Origin: Obrimoposthia wandeli | Taxonomy: Eukaryota | DNA: 64,000 nucleotides | Reading direction: 5' to 3' | Assembly (NCBI GenBank): GCA_977020255.1 | Contig: CDROCS010001143.1 | Location: forward strand, 124,001 to 188,000 | Part shown: one piece after another, positions 62,705 to 64,000 of the stretch | Layout of the letters: each line of letters begins with the position of its first letter | Position numbering within the stretch: the stretch's first letter is position 1 | Translations under genes and position numbers: made by a program | The notes under the pieces: generated by a model | Databases searched by the model: none | Told to the model about the DNA's origin: nothing | The model's input: the letters and a program-made list of their open reading frames with translations, nothing else

Positions 62705-62775
62705 TTAAGCTTTGCTATACTCTTTAAGACTGTATCCCTCAAACGGATATCACTGAAAGATCTAGCAAAGCTTAA
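62705..62775. terminator. Long imperfect hairpin after cysN
   Basis: 13-bp perfect arms TTAAGCTTTGCTA / TAGCAAAGCTTAA, with inner TCTTT/AAAGA and TATCC/GGATA pairs. Confidence 0.6.
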
Positions 62776-63356
62776 CAATGTTCAATTGTATAGAAAATAA
62801 GGATCTCTAAGAAAACTTCGCTATTTTCAGCTCTAATTAACTAAGCGTTATCTACTTCTATCTTTAGATTATTTCTATATAATAATTAGCTATAGAAGAT
62901 TCGTCATTAATGATAATTTTTTATAGAAAAAAATCTTAATAGGCAATAAAATAGCCGCTTCAATAGATGAAGCACTATTGCTATTAGTACATCTATAATT
63001 TGACCAACATTAAATTACAGCTTAGCTTATTATCGAATAGAAATAAGCATTAAAGCGATACGACTATGTGACAGATAGTCCAAACATACTATGAGGCCTC
63101 AGCATAACTGCTGCGTTCAGTAACAAGGCGTTAAAGAACAGTTAACTTGCTCATTTTCATCAGTGCTACCCATAGACATGAGTAGACTGATAGAGCTAAT
63201 TAGCCGGTATTTCCCTTTCTTATTATCGCTCGCGACGTTTTGCAAAAGCCTCAAGATAAAGCAACAGGCATTTAGTTTATTGCTATTTTCGGTATTTCGT
63301 CGTCGAAAGCCTGATATTTATTTGCTTTTATATGTTTATTACTGGATGCATCTGTC

Positions 63357-63938
63357 ATGAGTGATTTTTTATTAATAATTGTTAGCACCGTTTTAGTTAA
63401 CAATTTTGTTTTAGTACAGTTTTTAGGCTTGTGCCCATTTATGGGTGTCTCCAATAAGTTGGAAACGGCTATGGGTATGTCTTTGGCCACTACTTTCGTA
63501 CTGACTATCTCTTCGGTATGTAGTTACTTAGTTCACGAATATTTACTCACCCCCTTTTCACTAGGTTACATGAAAACTATTGCCTTCATTTTAGTGATTG
63601 CTGTGGTGGTGCAATTTACAGAAATGGTGGTGCGCAAAACCAGCCCATTGCTGCACAAAGTACTAGGCATTTTTCTACCCCTTATTACCACTAACTGTGC
63701 TGTATTGGGCGTCGCGTTACTCAACATAAAAAAGATGAACAATTTTATGGAGTCTATCGTGTTTGGCTTTGGCGCCGCCCTTGGCTTCTCACTTGCGTTA
63801 ATACTCTTTTCAGCTATTCGTGAACGTATTGGTGTTGCCGATGTCCCGTCCCCTTTTAAAGGCGCCGCTGTTGGCATGGTAACTGCTGGCTTAATGTCCT
63901 TGGCTTTTTTAGGCTTTAGCGGCCTAGTACAGATTTAA
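63357..63938 (+). CDS. rsxA: Rnf/Rsx electron transport complex subunit A
   Basis: [45 protein letters not shown]. Confidence 0.96.
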   Translation: MSDFLLIIVSTVLVNNFVLVQFLGLCPFMGVSNKLETAMGMSLATTFVLTISSVCSYLVHEYLLTPFSLGYMKTIAFILVIAVVVQFTEMVVRKTSPLLHKVLGIFLPLITTNCAVLGVALLNIKKMNNFMESIVFGFGAALGFSLALILFSAIRERIGVADVPSPFKGAAVGMVTAGLMSLAFLGFSGLVQI

Positions 63939-63951
63939 CGGAGATAAGCTA

Positions 63952-64000
63952 ATGAGTATTATTATTGCCGTGGGTGTACTTTTGGGACTCGCCGTCATAT
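63952..64000 (+). CDS. rsxB: Rnf/Rsx subunit B (first 16 codons only)
   Basis: GGAG RBS then ATG giving MSIIIAVGVLLGLAVI, directly after rsxA; the call rests largely on operon position. Confidence 0.7.
   Translation, partial: MSIIIAVGVLLGLAVI

Noticed and set aside
63163-63490. Two short ORFs upstream of and overlapping rsxA
   Set aside because: No motifs, weak starts, and overlap with the rsxA promoter or coding region.
2259-63877. The many 60-190 aa ORFs in the track that overlap longer genes
   Set aside because: They lie antisense or out of frame within well-supported genes and show no family motifs; treated as shadow ORFs.
1-64000. CRISPR array, tRNA/rRNA genes, integrase, transposase or prophage genes
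   Set aside because: No regularly spaced direct repeats, cloverleaf or rRNA-like sequence, or matching protein motifs were seen by eye. A tRNAscan/cmscan run would be needed to exclude short RNAs fully.

Overview
An AT-rich stretch of mostly core chromosome from a gammaproteobacterium. The argG-motY-rnt-peroxiredoxin-grxD-argF order, class II DAHP synthase and cysI plus DUF934 point to a Pseudomonadales/Oceanospirillales-like lineage (inference). In order, the window holds: partial tmcA; an orphan PAS sensor kinase with a degenerate ATP-binding domain; an RND pump pair; a TRAP transporter; polB; a complete, translationally coupled six-gene mevalonate operon; a Lap-type type I secretion system with an atypical LuxR regulator, a small conserved partner ORF and no substrate in view; arg/met/aro housekeeping genes; HDOD and NarX/PilJ-type chemotaxis genes; a Lon-like protease; a mixed catabolic/stress region; a sulfate assimilation cluster; and the start of the rnf/rsx operon. 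I found no rRNA, tRNA, CRISPR array, integrase or transposase. The best leads are the mevalonate operon with a terminator abutting its first RBS, a cys pathway whose CysH lacks Fe-S cysteines while CysN carries a decayed APS kinase domain, two pseudo two-component proteins, and several long intergenic palindromes including a 171-bp rod-like element between cysH and cysG. All calls come from motif recognition by eye; no database search was run.
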